From: Bacteroidota bacterium
Lineage (GTDB): Bacteria; Bacteroidota; Bacteroidia; Bacteroidales; ML635J-15
Length of the DNA stretch: 64,000 nucleotides
Assembly (NCBI GenBank): GCA_029564465.1
Contig: JAKQPY010000075.1
Location: 5,814 to 69,813, forward strand
Direction: 5' to 3'
The notes under the pieces are model-generated. The model worked only from the letters and a program-made list of their open reading frames with translations, ran no database searches and was not told the origin of the DNA. The position numbers were made by a program, and so were the translations under genes. The number at the start of each line of letters is the position of its first letter. Positions within the stretch are counted from its first letter, which is position 1. This document shows positions 10,436-20,519 of this stretch, in pieces.

Positions 10436-11260
10436 CTATTTTAAGTCTTCGTAGCTGATCATCAACTTACGGCGCTGTTCAAATTTCGGTGTTTCGCTCT
10501 TGTCGTACAGTGGTTTTTCCCATCCGCCATAGGTGGGATTGGGGATAATTACATAGCGTGTTCCAAACAGTGATGCATTGGCATCGACAGCTCCTTTGGC
10601 ATAGTCGGTTTTTCTATCGTCGAAATCGTTGCTGAAATCTGCCAGGTTATCGCCAATAAAAAGAACTACCGAGTAATTCTGCATAATTGAATCGCGGCGC
10701 ATTTTTTTGTCGCTGGTGGTGGTTTTCAGATAAAAACGTTCGGCAGGAATTTCGGGAAAACCCAGAGCTTTCATATTGTTGAGCGTCCATTGCAGTTCAC
10801 TGTCAAGGCGGTTTGAAACATAAAATACTTCCACGTTGTTTTCGAGTGCAAACCTGATAAAATCAACGGCACCGGGCAACGCCACTGCCTTCTCCATCTT
10901 ACTCCATTCCTCCCACAATTCAGGGCTGAATTCGTTGTGATTTATGCTCATTTCGGCCATAAACGGACTGTTATCAAGCAATGTTTCGTCGATATCGAGA
11001 ATTACAGCTTTTTTCAGCGGCGACTTGTCGGCTTTTACATTGGCAACAAGCGCTGTTTTGGCCAGATTGAATGCCTGATAGGAACAAGCCTGCATTTCGC
11101 CCGATAGTTGATACCACAACACCGCCTGATGCAAATAATCGCCGGCATGATTTTCGACCACGGGTTTTTCGCTTTCAGTTTTGGGCTTTTCGCAGCACGA
11201 TTGCAACAAAATACTTCCACTAACCAGAGTGGCAACAGCTAATAAATGAACGAGTTTCAT
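10436..11260 (-). CDS. Class B/C acid phosphatase, 5'-nucleotidase lipoprotein e(P4)-like (HAD superfamily)
   Basis: Lipoprotein signal '...ILLQSC', the HAD motif I 'ILDIDETLLDNSPF', and 'GDNLADF'. Confidence 0.8.
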   Translation of the reverse strand: MKLVHLLAVATLVSGSILLQSCCEKPKTESEKPVVENHAGDYLHQAVLWYQLSGEMQACSYQAFNLAKTALVANVKADKSPLKKAVILDIDETLLDNSPFMAEMSINHNEFSPELWEEWSKMEKAVALPGAVDFIRFALENNVEVFYVSNRLDSELQWTLNNMKALGFPEIPAERFYLKTTTSDKKMRRDSIMQNYSVVLFIGDNLADFSNDFDDRKTDYAKGAVDANASLFGTRYVIIPNPTYGGWEKPLYDKSETPKFEQRRKLMISYEDLK

Positions 11261-11293
11261 AGTAATATAAATTTAATGAGACAAATTCGGTTT

Positions 11294-12511
11294 TTACATG
11301 GCAGCCAGCAACAGGTCGATATCGCGTGAGAACATGCCCAGTTTTTTGCCTATCGACTCGTTGGTGAGGATTCCGCTGAAAACATACACCCCGTTGCGCA
11401 TACCCGGATACGACTTCAGAAAGCGGTTGATTGATCCGGAAGTGTGGAATTCCAGTAACTTCGGGGCCATCAGGTTGCTCAGGGCATACGATGCTGTGCG
11501 GGCTACCCTCGAGGGGATATTGGGCACGCAATAATGAATAACGCCATGCTTTTTGAACACGGGGTTTTTGTGGTTGGTTAGCTTACTCGATTCGAAACAA
11601 CCACCCTGATCGATACTGATATCTATGATTATGGAGTTTTTTTTCATTTTCATTACCATTTCTTCGGTAACAAGCATCATGTTGGTGTCGTTGGTAATGC
11701 GCATGGCACCAATTACCACGTCGGCATTTTTCAGTGCATTTTCGAGTACCGATGGTTGGATGGTGCTGGTGAAAACCTGCATGCCGAGTTGTTGCTGCAT
11801 ACGGTCGAGGCGATACACCGAATGGTCGAACACGGTGACGTGAGCCCCCAGGCCCATGGCAGTTATCGCGGCAAATGTTCCGGCTGTTCCGGCACCCAGA
11901 ATCACTACTTCCGATGGAAGAACACCTGTGATGCCCCCCAGCATCTCGCCTTTGCCTTTATGCACATTGCTCAGATATTCCGATGCAATCAGTATCGACG
12001 AACGCCCTGCAATTTCGCTCATCGAACGAACAATCGGGTATCGGGCATACCGGTCCTGAATATTCTCGAAAGCTATTGCAGTCATTTTTTTCTGCATCAG
12101 CGTATGGAAGTAATCGTCGGGTTGCGAGGCAGCGTGCAGCGATGTAATCAGCATCTGGTTGCCACGAAGCATCTTACATTCCTCCACTGTCAGCGGGGCT
12201 ACTTTCATCACGATGTCACAATTGAAAATCAGTGAGCTATCGTGAGTAATCATAGCTCCGTGGTTCGCATACGACACATCCGTAAAATTTGCATTACGGC
12301 CTGCATCTGTCCCAATTATTATCTCAAACCCATTGTTAACCAACTGCTCAACAGCCAGCGGCGCAAGAGGAATTCTTCCTTCCATACCCGACTCGTCAGC
12401 CGGAATGCCAATAGTGAACTTCTTGTCGATGGTGCTTACTTCCAGCATTTCTTCCTGTGGCATCAGCGAGTAATTGCTCAGCAAATGATGGGGACGGTCG
12501 TGAGTTGACAT
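11294..12511 (-). CDS. Alanine dehydrogenase / PNT-family NAD-dependent dehydrogenase
   Basis: 'IGIPADESGMEGRIPLAPLAVEQLVNNGFEIII' and the Rossmann motif 'VVILGAGTAGTFAA'. The start is uncertain: 12511 is preferred, and 12559 is the longest ORF. Confidence 0.78.
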   Translation of the reverse strand: MSTHDRPHHLLSNYSLMPQEEMLEVSTIDKKFTIGIPADESGMEGRIPLAPLAVEQLVNNGFEIIIGTDAGRNANFTDVSYANHGAMITHDSSLIFNCDIVMKVAPLTVEECKMLRGNQMLITSLHAASQPDDYFHTLMQKKMTAIAFENIQDRYARYPIVRSMSEIAGRSSILIASEYLSNVHKGKGEMLGGITGVLPSEVVILGAGTAGTFAAITAMGLGAHVTVFDHSVYRLDRMQQQLGMQVFTSTIQPSVLENALKNADVVIGAMRITNDTNMMLVTEEMVMKMKKNSIIIDISIDQGGCFESSKLTNHKNPVFKKHGVIHYCVPNIPSRVARTASYALSNLMAPKLLEFHTSGSINRFLKSYPGMRNGVYVFSGILTNESIGKKLGMFSRDIDLLLAAM

Positions 12512-12598
12512 ACCTGATTGTTTTTCTAATCTGATAAAAATACGATTTTTTTTGTTCAACCCGAAAACAAAATTACCGACTTATTGACCACCGGGGGT

Positions 12599-14782
12599 TT
12601 ATTTGTTTCGTTTTTTATTTCCACGGTACGGCACATTTACCTCCTCCTGATTTTCGGACACAAGCTCCATGTCGATTTGTTTCTTCGAGATATTTACTTT
12701 AACCACCTCCACCTTTACCTTATCGCCGAGCACAAACTTACGCTGTGTTGTTTTGCCGATAATGCAGTAGTTGTCTTCATCAAAATAGTAGAAGTCGTCG
12801 AGCAGGGTTTTTATATGCACCAGTCCTTCGCACTTATTTTCGACCAGCTCCACAAAAAATCCCCAATCGGTTACACCCGAAATAACCCCTTCGAAAACCT
12901 GTCCGATTTTGTCGCTCAGAAATTCTGCCTGCTTATATTTTACCGAAGCCCTTTCGGCCTGCGCTGCACGCTGTTCCATGTCGCTGCTGTGTTTGCACTG
13001 CCATTCGTAATTAACACTGTCGGTTTCGCGGTTTTTTGTAAGATATTTTTCGAGTAGCCGGTGAACCATCATATCGGGGTAGCGGCGTATTGGCGAAGTA
13101 AAATGAGTGTAAAATTCAAATGCAAGGCCATAGTGACCAATGTTTTCGGTGGTATATTCTGCCTTGGCCATTGCCCTGATTGCAAGACTTTCGATTACAT
13201 TTTGTTCGGGTTTCCCCTGTACATTGGCTATCAGGCTGTTTATCGATTTCGACAGATTCCGGCTGCTGTTTGCATCGATTGAATATCCAAATTTCTTAAC
13301 AAAGCCTGAGAAATTGCCGATTTTTTCTGGATTTGGTTCATCGTGAACCCGATAAACCGATTTTTGTCCGCTTTTGCTCAGCAATTGCGCTACCTTACGG
13401 TTAGCCAGCAACATAAATTCCTCGATAAGGTGATTGCTCTCTTTTGCCGTTTTAAAATATACACCAATGGGTTTTCCTGCCTCATCGAGTCTGAACTTTA
13501 CTTCGGTGCTTTCGAAATTGAAGGCGCCCTTTTTAAACCGTGCCGAACGCAGTCCTGTTGCCAGTTTATGTACATGCAAGATTTCGGTAGCCAGTTCGCC
13601 ATCGCCTGTTTCGATAATTGTTTGTACTTCTTCGTAGTTGAAGCGCCGGTTGCTGTTTATAATGGTTTTGCCAAACCATTCATTGAGTATTTCAGCGTTT
13701 TCGTTCATTTCGAACACTGCCGAAAAACAAAGTTTATCTTTAAGCGGCTGCAGCGAGCAAATTTCGTTCGACAGACGTTCGGGGAGCATGGGCACAACAC
13801 GGTCGACCAGATATACCGAAGTGGCACGTTCCTGTGCCTCTTCTTCAAGTACTGATCCGGGTTTTACATAGTGTGTAACATCGGCAATGTGCACGCCAAT
13901 CTCGGTATTCCCGTTTTCGAGAATCCGAAACGAAATGGCATCATCAAAATCTTTGGCATCTTCAGGGTCGATAGTGAAAGTAAGTATGTTTCTGAAATCA
14001 CGGCGTTTTTTAATTTCGTTTTCAGCGATTTTCTCAGCAATCGACTCGGCATCTTTCAGTACATCATTTCCAAACTCGTAAGGCAGCCCGAATTCAACCA
14101 TAATGGCATGCATTTCGGTTTCGTTTTCACCGGGTTTACCAAGAATTCTGATTACTTCACCGGTGGGGTTTTTGCTGTCGGGATTCCACTCGGTAATGCT
14201 TACAATTACTTTGTCTCCCGATCGGGCACCATTCAGGTTACTCAAAGGAATGAAAATATCATAGGGTATTCGCAGGTCGTCGGGCATGAAAAATGCAAAC
14301 TTGCGGTTCCGCTCAATAATTCCGGCAAAGCTGGTGCGCGCGCGTTTCAGTATTTGAATGACTTCTCCCTCGTTTTGACGGCTTTTCCGGGATGCGTAAA
14401 GTTGTATTTTTACGGTATCGCCATGCAGGGCATTGTGCAAATTTCGCGGTGAAATAAACACAGGTTCACTACTTTCGTCGCTCAGCACATAGGCATAGCC
14501 GCGACGCGAAACATCCACCTTGCCCGTGATGTAAGTCTTTGTGCTGAGTATTTTATATTTTCCCTGATATTGCTCTTTAATAAGGTTTTCCTGCGACAAA
14601 TAAATCAGCGACTGCCGCACCAGTTCCCGCTGCGCGGCCTCCGATATTTTCAGGGCCGAAGCAATCTGCTTATAGTTATACAGTTTCGTTGGGTTTTTCG
14701 AGAAAATTTGTAAAATCTTGTCCGATAAAATTTTAATCGAGGGGTTGTTGTTTTGATTGTTTTTCGTATTTTTGTTCTTCAT
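12599..14782 (-). CDS. rnr: Ribonuclease R
   Basis: RNB domain motifs 'TIDPEDAKDFDDAIS' and 'HYGLAFEFYTHFTSPIRRYPDMMVHR', plus a C-terminal S1 domain 'GVISGVTDWGFFVEL'. Confidence 0.95.
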   Translation of the reverse strand: MKNKNTKNNQNNNPSIKILSDKILQIFSKNPTKLYNYKQIASALKISEAAQRELVRQSLIYLSQENLIKEQYQGKYKILSTKTYITGKVDVSRRGYAYVLSDESSEPVFISPRNLHNALHGDTVKIQLYASRKSRQNEGEVIQILKRARTSFAGIIERNRKFAFFMPDDLRIPYDIFIPLSNLNGARSGDKVIVSITEWNPDSKNPTGEVIRILGKPGENETEMHAIMVEFGLPYEFGNDVLKDAESIAEKIAENEIKKRRDFRNILTFTIDPEDAKDFDDAISFRILENGNTEIGVHIADVTHYVKPGSVLEEEAQERATSVYLVDRVVPMLPERLSNEICSLQPLKDKLCFSAVFEMNENAEILNEWFGKTIINSNRRFNYEEVQTIIETGDGELATEILHVHKLATGLRSARFKKGAFNFESTEVKFRLDEAGKPIGVYFKTAKESNHLIEEFMLLANRKVAQLLSKSGQKSVYRVHDEPNPEKIGNFSGFVKKFGYSIDANSSRNLSKSINSLIANVQGKPEQNVIESLAIRAMAKAEYTTENIGHYGLAFEFYTHFTSPIRRYPDMMVHRLLEKYLTKNRETDSVNYEWQCKHSSDMEQRAAQAERASVKYKQAEFLSDKIGQVFEGVISGVTDWGFFVELVENKCEGLVHIKTLLDDFYYFDEDNYCIIGKTTQRKFVLGDKVKVEVVKVNISKKQIDMELVSENQEEVNVPYRGNKKRNK

Positions 14783-14884
14783 CTTGATTTGGCATTATAA
14801 TTGCAAAAAAGGTGTTCAATTAAAAGAATGAATAATTAACCGTAATAATAAAATTAACCAATTACAAACTTAACAACTTAGATT

Positions 14885-15475
14885 ATGAAAACAACTACAA
14901 TGATTAAAACTTTTGCTGTGATAGCTTTCGTTGGAACAGCATTGGTATTCTCGGGCTGCAAAGGCAAAGAAAAAGCCGAAAACCCCGGTAAAGGCGCAAA
15001 AGAAGTAGTAATTCCCTGCAAAAACGAAGGCCGTTCCGATAAAGAATTCTTCCGTGCCGACAATTCATCGACCTCGCAGGACATGAGCCTTTCGCGCGAA
15101 AAAGCCCTCACCCTGGCAAAACAACGTCTCGCCAGCCTGATCAACACCAAAATCAAATCGGTTACCGATCGTTATGTTAACGAAACCGAAGTTGGCAAAA
15201 ATTCAGATTTTGAACAGAAATTCGAAAACCTGACCCGTGAAGTGGTGAATCAGACCCTTACCGATGTTGCTATTATCTGCGAAAAAACTTTCCAGGAAGC
15301 CGACGGTAAATACACCACCTACATTGCTATCGAAGTAAATAAAGACGCTTTGTTGAACGGAGTAAACAATAAACTTTCGAAAGATGACAAACTCCGCGTT
15401 GATTACGACAAGATGAAGTACGAAAAAATCTTCAACGAAGAAATGGAAAAACTCGAAAAAGAAGGTGGATATTAA
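14885..15475 (+). CDS. Hypothetical lipoprotein (possibly LPP20-like)
   Basis: Signal peptide plus lipobox 'ALVFSGC', and a charged helical C-terminus. The family assignment is tentative. Confidence 0.55.
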   Translation: MKTTTMIKTFAVIAFVGTALVFSGCKGKEKAENPGKGAKEVVIPCKNEGRSDKEFFRADNSSTSQDMSLSREKALTLAKQRLASLINTKIKSVTDRYVNETEVGKNSDFEQKFENLTREVVNQTLTDVAIICEKTFQEADGKYTTYIAIEVNKDALLNGVNNKLSKDDKLRVDYDKMKYEKIFNEEMEKLEKEGGY

Positions 15476-15498
15476 TAGCTGTCTTTCTCTAAAACAAA

Positions 15499-15527
15499 AA
15501 GCCATCGGATAACCGGTGGCTTTTTTT
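15499..15527 (+). terminator. Rho-independent terminator
   Basis: gccatcgg (15501-08) pairs with ccggtggc (15513-20) including one G:U pair, with a 4-nt loop and a T7 run. Confidence 0.6.
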
Positions 15528-15672
15528 GTTTTAGCTTTTTTGGAATAATCCCTCAGTTTTCAGTCCTTAAAGGCGAAAGAATAAAATATGGTTTAATGAT
15601 GCTTTTCGAATACTGCCGTGCAAACTTGCTTTCGGGCAGACACCAAGCTATCTATAGCTAATTTATTGCCTC

Positions 15673-16896
15673 TTAACGATGAATAAAAATAAACTCGCCA
15701 CCCTCGTCTCCGGTGTTTTGAATAATTCCATATTGAGGCTCGGTTTGAGAGTTATTCAGAACTGCCTGACGAAAACTGGAAAACAACATATCGGATGAAA
15801 TATATTTTTCGGTATTCTCAACAAGTCTTTTTATTAGGAATGTTACAAAAACGCTTTCGTCGGGAACGGTTTTCATATTACCACTTGTCATCGCTTTTCG
15901 ACTAGGCAGTTCATATAGCCTGTTTATTGCCGGTTGAGCGTCGTTAAATGCTACTCTTGTTTTAAAGATACTACCGCTAAAACAGGCGTCAGCAATAAGC
16001 AAGGTATGTTGAGAATTTGTAGCCTTCAAATAATCGCTGATGCGGCTGTTTGGAATCCAAAAAGCCGTGCTGTTGTTCTGAGCATCAACAGGCAACCAAT
16101 AACCCAGTTTCTTTGCTTCGTCCCAATGCCCATGACCCGCGTAAAAAATTAACAGATTATCGTTGGGTGTAATTTTATTACTTAGTTCGTCAAAAGCATT
16201 TATCATTTGAACATAGGTTGCATTTTTGAGGAAAGTGATGTTTTCGGGTTTAAAAACATAGCTGTCGGTAAGCACTTCATACAGTTTGGTTGCATCTTTA
16301 ATCGGGTTACTCAAGGTTGGAACTTCAGGGTCCAGATACACTTCGTTACCGATAATTAAAGCATAATAATTTGATTCAGGAATCAGTGTTGCTTTTTCGG
16401 TAACAACGGGTTCTTTCTTCTCGGTGATTTGCTGGTCAGAAACCCGCTCAATTGTAAACTCCTTTACAGCAGTATTTCTCTTAATATCGGTTGCTTCAAC
16501 GGTAATTGTGTTTAGCCCGATTGCTAACAAAATATTTATTGAAAAATTACCATCGGCATTCAAGTAAGCATCCTGTCCATTAACCAATACTTCGAGAATA
16601 CCGCCTGCATCAGTAACTTTACCTTCGATAAAAAACTCTTTTTCTTTAACAACGGGTTTGAAACCACGGGCAGGATCGATTGAGGTAATTACTATTTCAG
16701 GCGGTGTTTTGTCTTCGGGAGGTAAGCCGATTTTAAAATTTAACATTCCCGATCTGGCTGTGTCAGTAGCAGGTTGTGTGCCAATTGAAAATTCGAAGGT
16801 ACCACTGCTACTCTTTGAGGTTGGGGTCTTGTTGTTTTGTGCAAACAACACCCCGGTTACCAAAACTAGAAAAAAAATGAGTATTGTTTTTTTCAT
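15673..16896 (-). CDS. Exported caspase-family (peptidase C14, orthocaspase-like) protease with an N-terminal Ig-like domain
   Basis: Signal peptide 'MKKTILIFFLVLVTGVLFAQ'. The caspase core is 'YALIIGNEVY', with His-Gly in 'LLIFYAGHGHW' and Cys in 'LLIADACFSGSIF', so the dyad is intact. The ATG at 16896 was chosen because the signal peptide starts there. Confidence 0.85.
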   Translation of the reverse strand: MKKTILIFFLVLVTGVLFAQNNKTPTSKSSSGTFEFSIGTQPATDTARSGMLNFKIGLPPEDKTPPEIVITSIDPARGFKPVVKEKEFFIEGKVTDAGGILEVLVNGQDAYLNADGNFSINILLAIGLNTITVEATDIKRNTAVKEFTIERVSDQQITEKKEPVVTEKATLIPESNYYALIIGNEVYLDPEVPTLSNPIKDATKLYEVLTDSYVFKPENITFLKNATYVQMINAFDELSNKITPNDNLLIFYAGHGHWDEAKKLGYWLPVDAQNNSTAFWIPNSRISDYLKATNSQHTLLIADACFSGSIFKTRVAFNDAQPAINRLYELPSRKAMTSGNMKTVPDESVFVTFLIKRLVENTEKYISSDMLFSSFRQAVLNNSQTEPQYGIIQNTGDEGGEFIFIHR

Positions 16897-16912
16897 GATT
16901 GTGAGTGTTATG

Positions 16913-17803
16913 TTAGAAACGCCAGCCGATTCCGGCAAAAGGTCTCAACTCAGAAAATTTATCAATAAAGAAGTCAAAATTCAAATATAAATGTCCCACG
17001 CTTGCATCGGTACCTATCCCAATGGCGTAAGACGGCTGCTTCTCTTCCCAATACTCATCAACCCACATGTCGTAAAAATAACCCGAGTTGTAATCGTAAT
17101 ATGTTACATAATGCCCATAACCGGACCTGGTAGCGGTCGTATATCCAAAAACCGGATATATACTCCACTGGAAATTGCGTTTTCTTATCAGACTTTTCGA
17201 CACATCAGCCAAAAGTGTAAATTCGCCCCACCAACTTAAATCCTGTCCTGCAAGTAAACCAAAGCCCCACTTCCCACGATATCCGCCTTTTAATCCCCAG
17301 GTTTCGACTGCAGCAAACCATTGTCCCTTGTTCTCTTTATCGTATCTGAAAATGCTGAACTTCTGATCGGATACGGTTTTGCTTTCTTTAACAACAACCG
17401 GTTTTTCTTCTTTTACCTTTTCGGGTTTTTCTTCTTTTTTAGGCTTTTCGACCACGCTGTTGTCTTTAGTAAGGCTGGCCACCACAGCGAACTCGGCATT
17501 GACAAGCCAGTCAACATCTTTTTTGACATCCCACACGGCCTGATAGGTGCTTTTGCCGCCTATAACACCTTCACCCACATCGCCGGTTACGCTTTTTAGA
17601 ACAAAATTACTGCCAGAGCCTGTATTTACCAATATTTTAACATAGTACAGCTGATTTACATTCGAGTTTAAGATTTCGTAATTGATGTAAATTTTATCGG
17701 CTTTTTGCTCCGCTGATATAAGATTGACATCATATTCAATTTGTGAATAAGCTATTGTATTTGTAAGAGCAAAAAAAATCAAGAATACTAGAAAATTTTT
17801 CAT
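16913..17803 (-). CDS. Hypothetical exported protein: N-terminal beta-sandwich, Lys/Glu-rich linker, C-terminal putative small outer-membrane beta-barrel
   Basis: Signal peptide 'MKNFLVFLIFFALTNTIAYSQ' and linker 'KPKKEEKPEKVKEEKPVVVKE'. The C-terminal 150 aa are aromatic/Gly-rich with an alternating pattern and end in 'FAGIGWRF', an OMP-like terminal Phe. Confidence 0.5.
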   Translation of the reverse strand: MKNFLVFLIFFALTNTIAYSQIEYDVNLISAEQKADKIYINYEILNSNVNQLYYVKILVNTGSGSNFVLKSVTGDVGEGVIGGKSTYQAVWDVKKDVDWLVNAEFAVVASLTKDNSVVEKPKKEEKPEKVKEEKPVVVKESKTVSDQKFSIFRYDKENKGQWFAAVETWGLKGGYRGKWGFGLLAGQDLSWWGEFTLLADVSKSLIRKRNFQWSIYPVFGYTTATRSGYGHYVTYYDYNSGYFYDMWVDEYWEEKQPSYAIGIGTDASVGHLYLNFDFFIDKFSELRPFAGIGWRF

Positions 17804-17899
17804 TCTATGGTGATTTATATTATGGTTAGATGTTCTCAATTATTTGATACAAAAATATTAAATGAAAGTAAAAAAACAAATATTAATATTTAAAAAGCA

Positions 17900-19423
17900 T
17901 CAGGGCATTGTAGTGATAATCAAGCGTTGTTCGGCCTGCATCAGGCCTGCATCAGCGCGTTTGATTCCCCTTGTTTTGTGTATTACCTCGCCCAAGGGTT
18001 CAGTAATAAACTGATACCCATCAACTTTTTCGATGGCCAGCGGGGCAAACTTCTCGGTGCTGGCATTCAGTTGTAACACCTCTACTCCAAATGGTTCAGC
18101 GCAAACAAAATCATGGGGTAGTTCATAAACCATATTTACCTTGTCGGAGTTTACAAAGTAATTGTCGAGAAGCATCACAATATTACCATCGGCAAGGTGG
18201 TAAATAAAGCGCAGGTAACATTCCTTATTCACCCTTACATACAAACGAAGACTATCGCCTTCCGAAAAAATCAGATTTTCGTCGCCTTGGTTGGTCCATA
18301 CCTCAACAAGAAGGTCGCCATGTATCACTTCATCCTGCTTGAACACTTTCATTCTCGAATAGGCTTCCTCGAAGTTTTCGGGTTTCACCTGAATATTCAG
18401 CGAATCGAGTAGTTGCTTTGCAATTTTGCTTTCCGAAGAGGCCAGGGCTTTGCCATTCATGTCGCGCATTACCGACAATATTTTAATAAAATCGCCCTCT
18501 TCCCAGTAGGTACCACTAATATTGTAATCGACCCTTTGATTCATTCCCTGCTCATTCTTTCCGTATCTGACAATACCATAATTTGCTTCCGAGATCAAGG
18601 TCTGTTCGAATTTGCGTAGAAATACTTGCGAAAATGGACTGCTCATTTTGGTCTCCTGATAAGTAAAGGCAGTAAGACTTACACTGCCATCAATGATCCC
18701 AGTTTGTAACTGATAGGCCTGAGCCATTAAGTAGCAGGCATCTTCGATGTTCAGTTTTTTTGAGTTATTGATGCCGAATATTCCATTTTCTACAATGCTC
18801 TTTAAATCAGAAAGTTTGTTGATTTCAGCGGCATCGTCGTTTAGGTTTTGCTTCAAAGCAAGAAAAACAGTCTGTGCTTCTTCGGCCTCACGAAACATAC
18901 TTTGGGTCTGATAATAGATTTTTAGCGCGCCGGCTTTGTCGCCATTGCTTTCAAGTTGTTTTGCCATTTCGATTTTTTGCGCAATGGCAATTGCTTTGTC
19001 ATCTATGGTCTTTTTATAAAGTGCCGATACTTCCTCTTTTTTTGCATAAACCAACACATAGGCTGTTTTGGTCTTTTTATCGTAATACTGCTCGGTTTTC
19101 GAACCAGAAAGGACAATATTACTATTCGAAACACAATTTTTTCGCACGTATTCTTCTACTTCTTTATTGGTCTCAGTCATATTTATATCAACCAAACTAC
19201 TGATAATCACCAAAATAGATTCGCTTAAGCGTGATTTGGCAAAACCTTCTAATTTTGTAAGCAATTCGGTCTCGCCTACCAATTTGTTTTGTTCCGATGC
19301 ATAACCTGTCAGATAAAGGGCATCGGGATATTGGGCTTTTCGCCATTGGGCATCAATCCATTTGGGTTGCGACATCAACTGAAGGCTGAGTAATATCAAC
19401 AGACTTGATAGAAGTAATTTCAT
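17900..19423 (-). CDS. Hypothetical exported multidomain protein (LPP20-like N-terminus, FlgO/LpoB-like middle, DUF4384-like C-terminus)
   Basis: Signal peptide 'MKLLLSSLLILLSLQLMSQ'. The C-terminal 'LLVEVWTNQGDENLIFSEGDSLRLYVRVNKECYLRFIYHLADGNIVMLL' resembles DUF4384, a domain often fused to caspases. Domain calls were made by eye only. Confidence 0.5.
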   Translation of the reverse strand: MKLLLSSLLILLSLQLMSQPKWIDAQWRKAQYPDALYLTGYASEQNKLVGETELLTKLEGFAKSRLSESILVIISSLVDINMTETNKEVEEYVRKNCVSNSNIVLSGSKTEQYYDKKTKTAYVLVYAKKEEVSALYKKTIDDKAIAIAQKIEMAKQLESNGDKAGALKIYYQTQSMFREAEEAQTVFLALKQNLNDDAAEINKLSDLKSIVENGIFGINNSKKLNIEDACYLMAQAYQLQTGIIDGSVSLTAFTYQETKMSSPFSQVFLRKFEQTLISEANYGIVRYGKNEQGMNQRVDYNISGTYWEEGDFIKILSVMRDMNGKALASSESKIAKQLLDSLNIQVKPENFEEAYSRMKVFKQDEVIHGDLLVEVWTNQGDENLIFSEGDSLRLYVRVNKECYLRFIYHLADGNIVMLLDNYFVNSDKVNMVYELPHDFVCAEPFGVEVLQLNASTEKFAPLAIEKVDGYQFITEPLGEVIHKTRGIKRADAGLMQAEQRLIITTMP

Positions 19424-19566
19424 AGTTTCGACGAATTTGTTTTCATTATATGAAAGTCTAAAAATACACAATCTTTGCCAAATTGTAAAATCATAAAAAA
19501 AAGAATTATTATTTTGGACTGTTGCAGAATAGCAATGCAATATTCTATTATTACTACTTTTGCCTC

Positions 19567-20505
19567 ATGCAGATTATTCTTACACAGATAGCAATGCTTG
19601 CGCTGATGGCTACAATTGGTGCGGTAGCCTATCTGACCCGGCTAATTAAAGAAGATACTGCCAATGGCATGGTAAAACTGGTTACAAAAATCACCCTGCC
19701 TTTATTGATTTTCACCACTTTTGCCGGCAACGATACCAGTCCCGAAATTCTTAAAAACAGTGCCATTGTGATTGCATTAAGCATGGGTAGTGTTGTACTT
19801 TTCTTTTTGTTTGCCGGAGTTTCGGCGCGAATACTCAGGTTAAGTGCTGACAATACTGCCCTGCATAGGGTAAGTGCCATGTTCGGGAATGTTGTGTTTC
19901 TGGGATTCCCCATCATCAATGCCTTGTATCCGGGTGGTGAGGGTTTGATTTATGCTACCATGTTCCACCTTGGACAAAATGCCCTGATCTGGACCTGGGG
20001 CGTATATATTCTGTACAGTTCGCGCAACCGCAGCGGGGGTAAATCGTGGAAGAACCTGTTGAATCCGGTTACCATTGCTTTTGCAGCGGGAATTACTTTT
20101 ATGTTTCTTCCCTTTACCATCCCGGATATCATAATGAGTCCGCTATCGCAAATCGGAAAAACCACCACCTACATATCGATGGTCTATGTTGGAACGGTGC
20201 TGGCTATGGTGAACCCACTGCGTGTTTTTTCTAACATCCGATCGTATCTCGTCAGCTTCAACAAACTATTGTTGGTACCTGTGATACTACTGCTGTTGCT
20301 GAAATATGCCGGCTTGGCCGAACTACTTCACATGAACAGCACGGCCGTTGGAGTGGTTGTGCTGCTGGCCGGAATGCCTTGTATGATACTGATATCGGTA
20401 TTGGTGAGGGATCTTGACCTCGATTACAAGCAATCTGTCGGCAATATTTTTCTGAGCACAATATTATCTTTTGCAACCATCAGTTTTCTGTTCTGGCTGT
20501 TGTAG
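19567..20505 (+). CDS. AEC (auxin efflux carrier) family transporter
   Basis: About 10 TM helices. The 'MQIILTQIAMLALMATIGAVAYL' start and overall pattern are typical of AEC permeases. Confidence 0.78.
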   Translation: MQIILTQIAMLALMATIGAVAYLTRLIKEDTANGMVKLVTKITLPLLIFTTFAGNDTSPEILKNSAIVIALSMGSVVLFFLFAGVSARILRLSADNTALHRVSAMFGNVVFLGFPIINALYPGGEGLIYATMFHLGQNALIWTWGVYILYSSRNRSGGKSWKNLLNPVTIAFAAGITFMFLPFTIPDIIMSPLSQIGKTTTYISMVYVGTVLAMVNPLRVFSNIRSYLVSFNKLLLVPVILLLLLKYAGLAELLHMNSTAVGVVVLLAGMPCMILISVLVRDLDLDYKQSVGNIFLSTILSFATISFLFWLL

Positions 20506-20519
20506 ACAAACATCAGTTT

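Noticed and set aside
12584-14452. Several plus-strand ORFs (12584-13057, 13343-13855, 13871-14452).
   Set aside because: All are antisense to RNase R and have no motifs.
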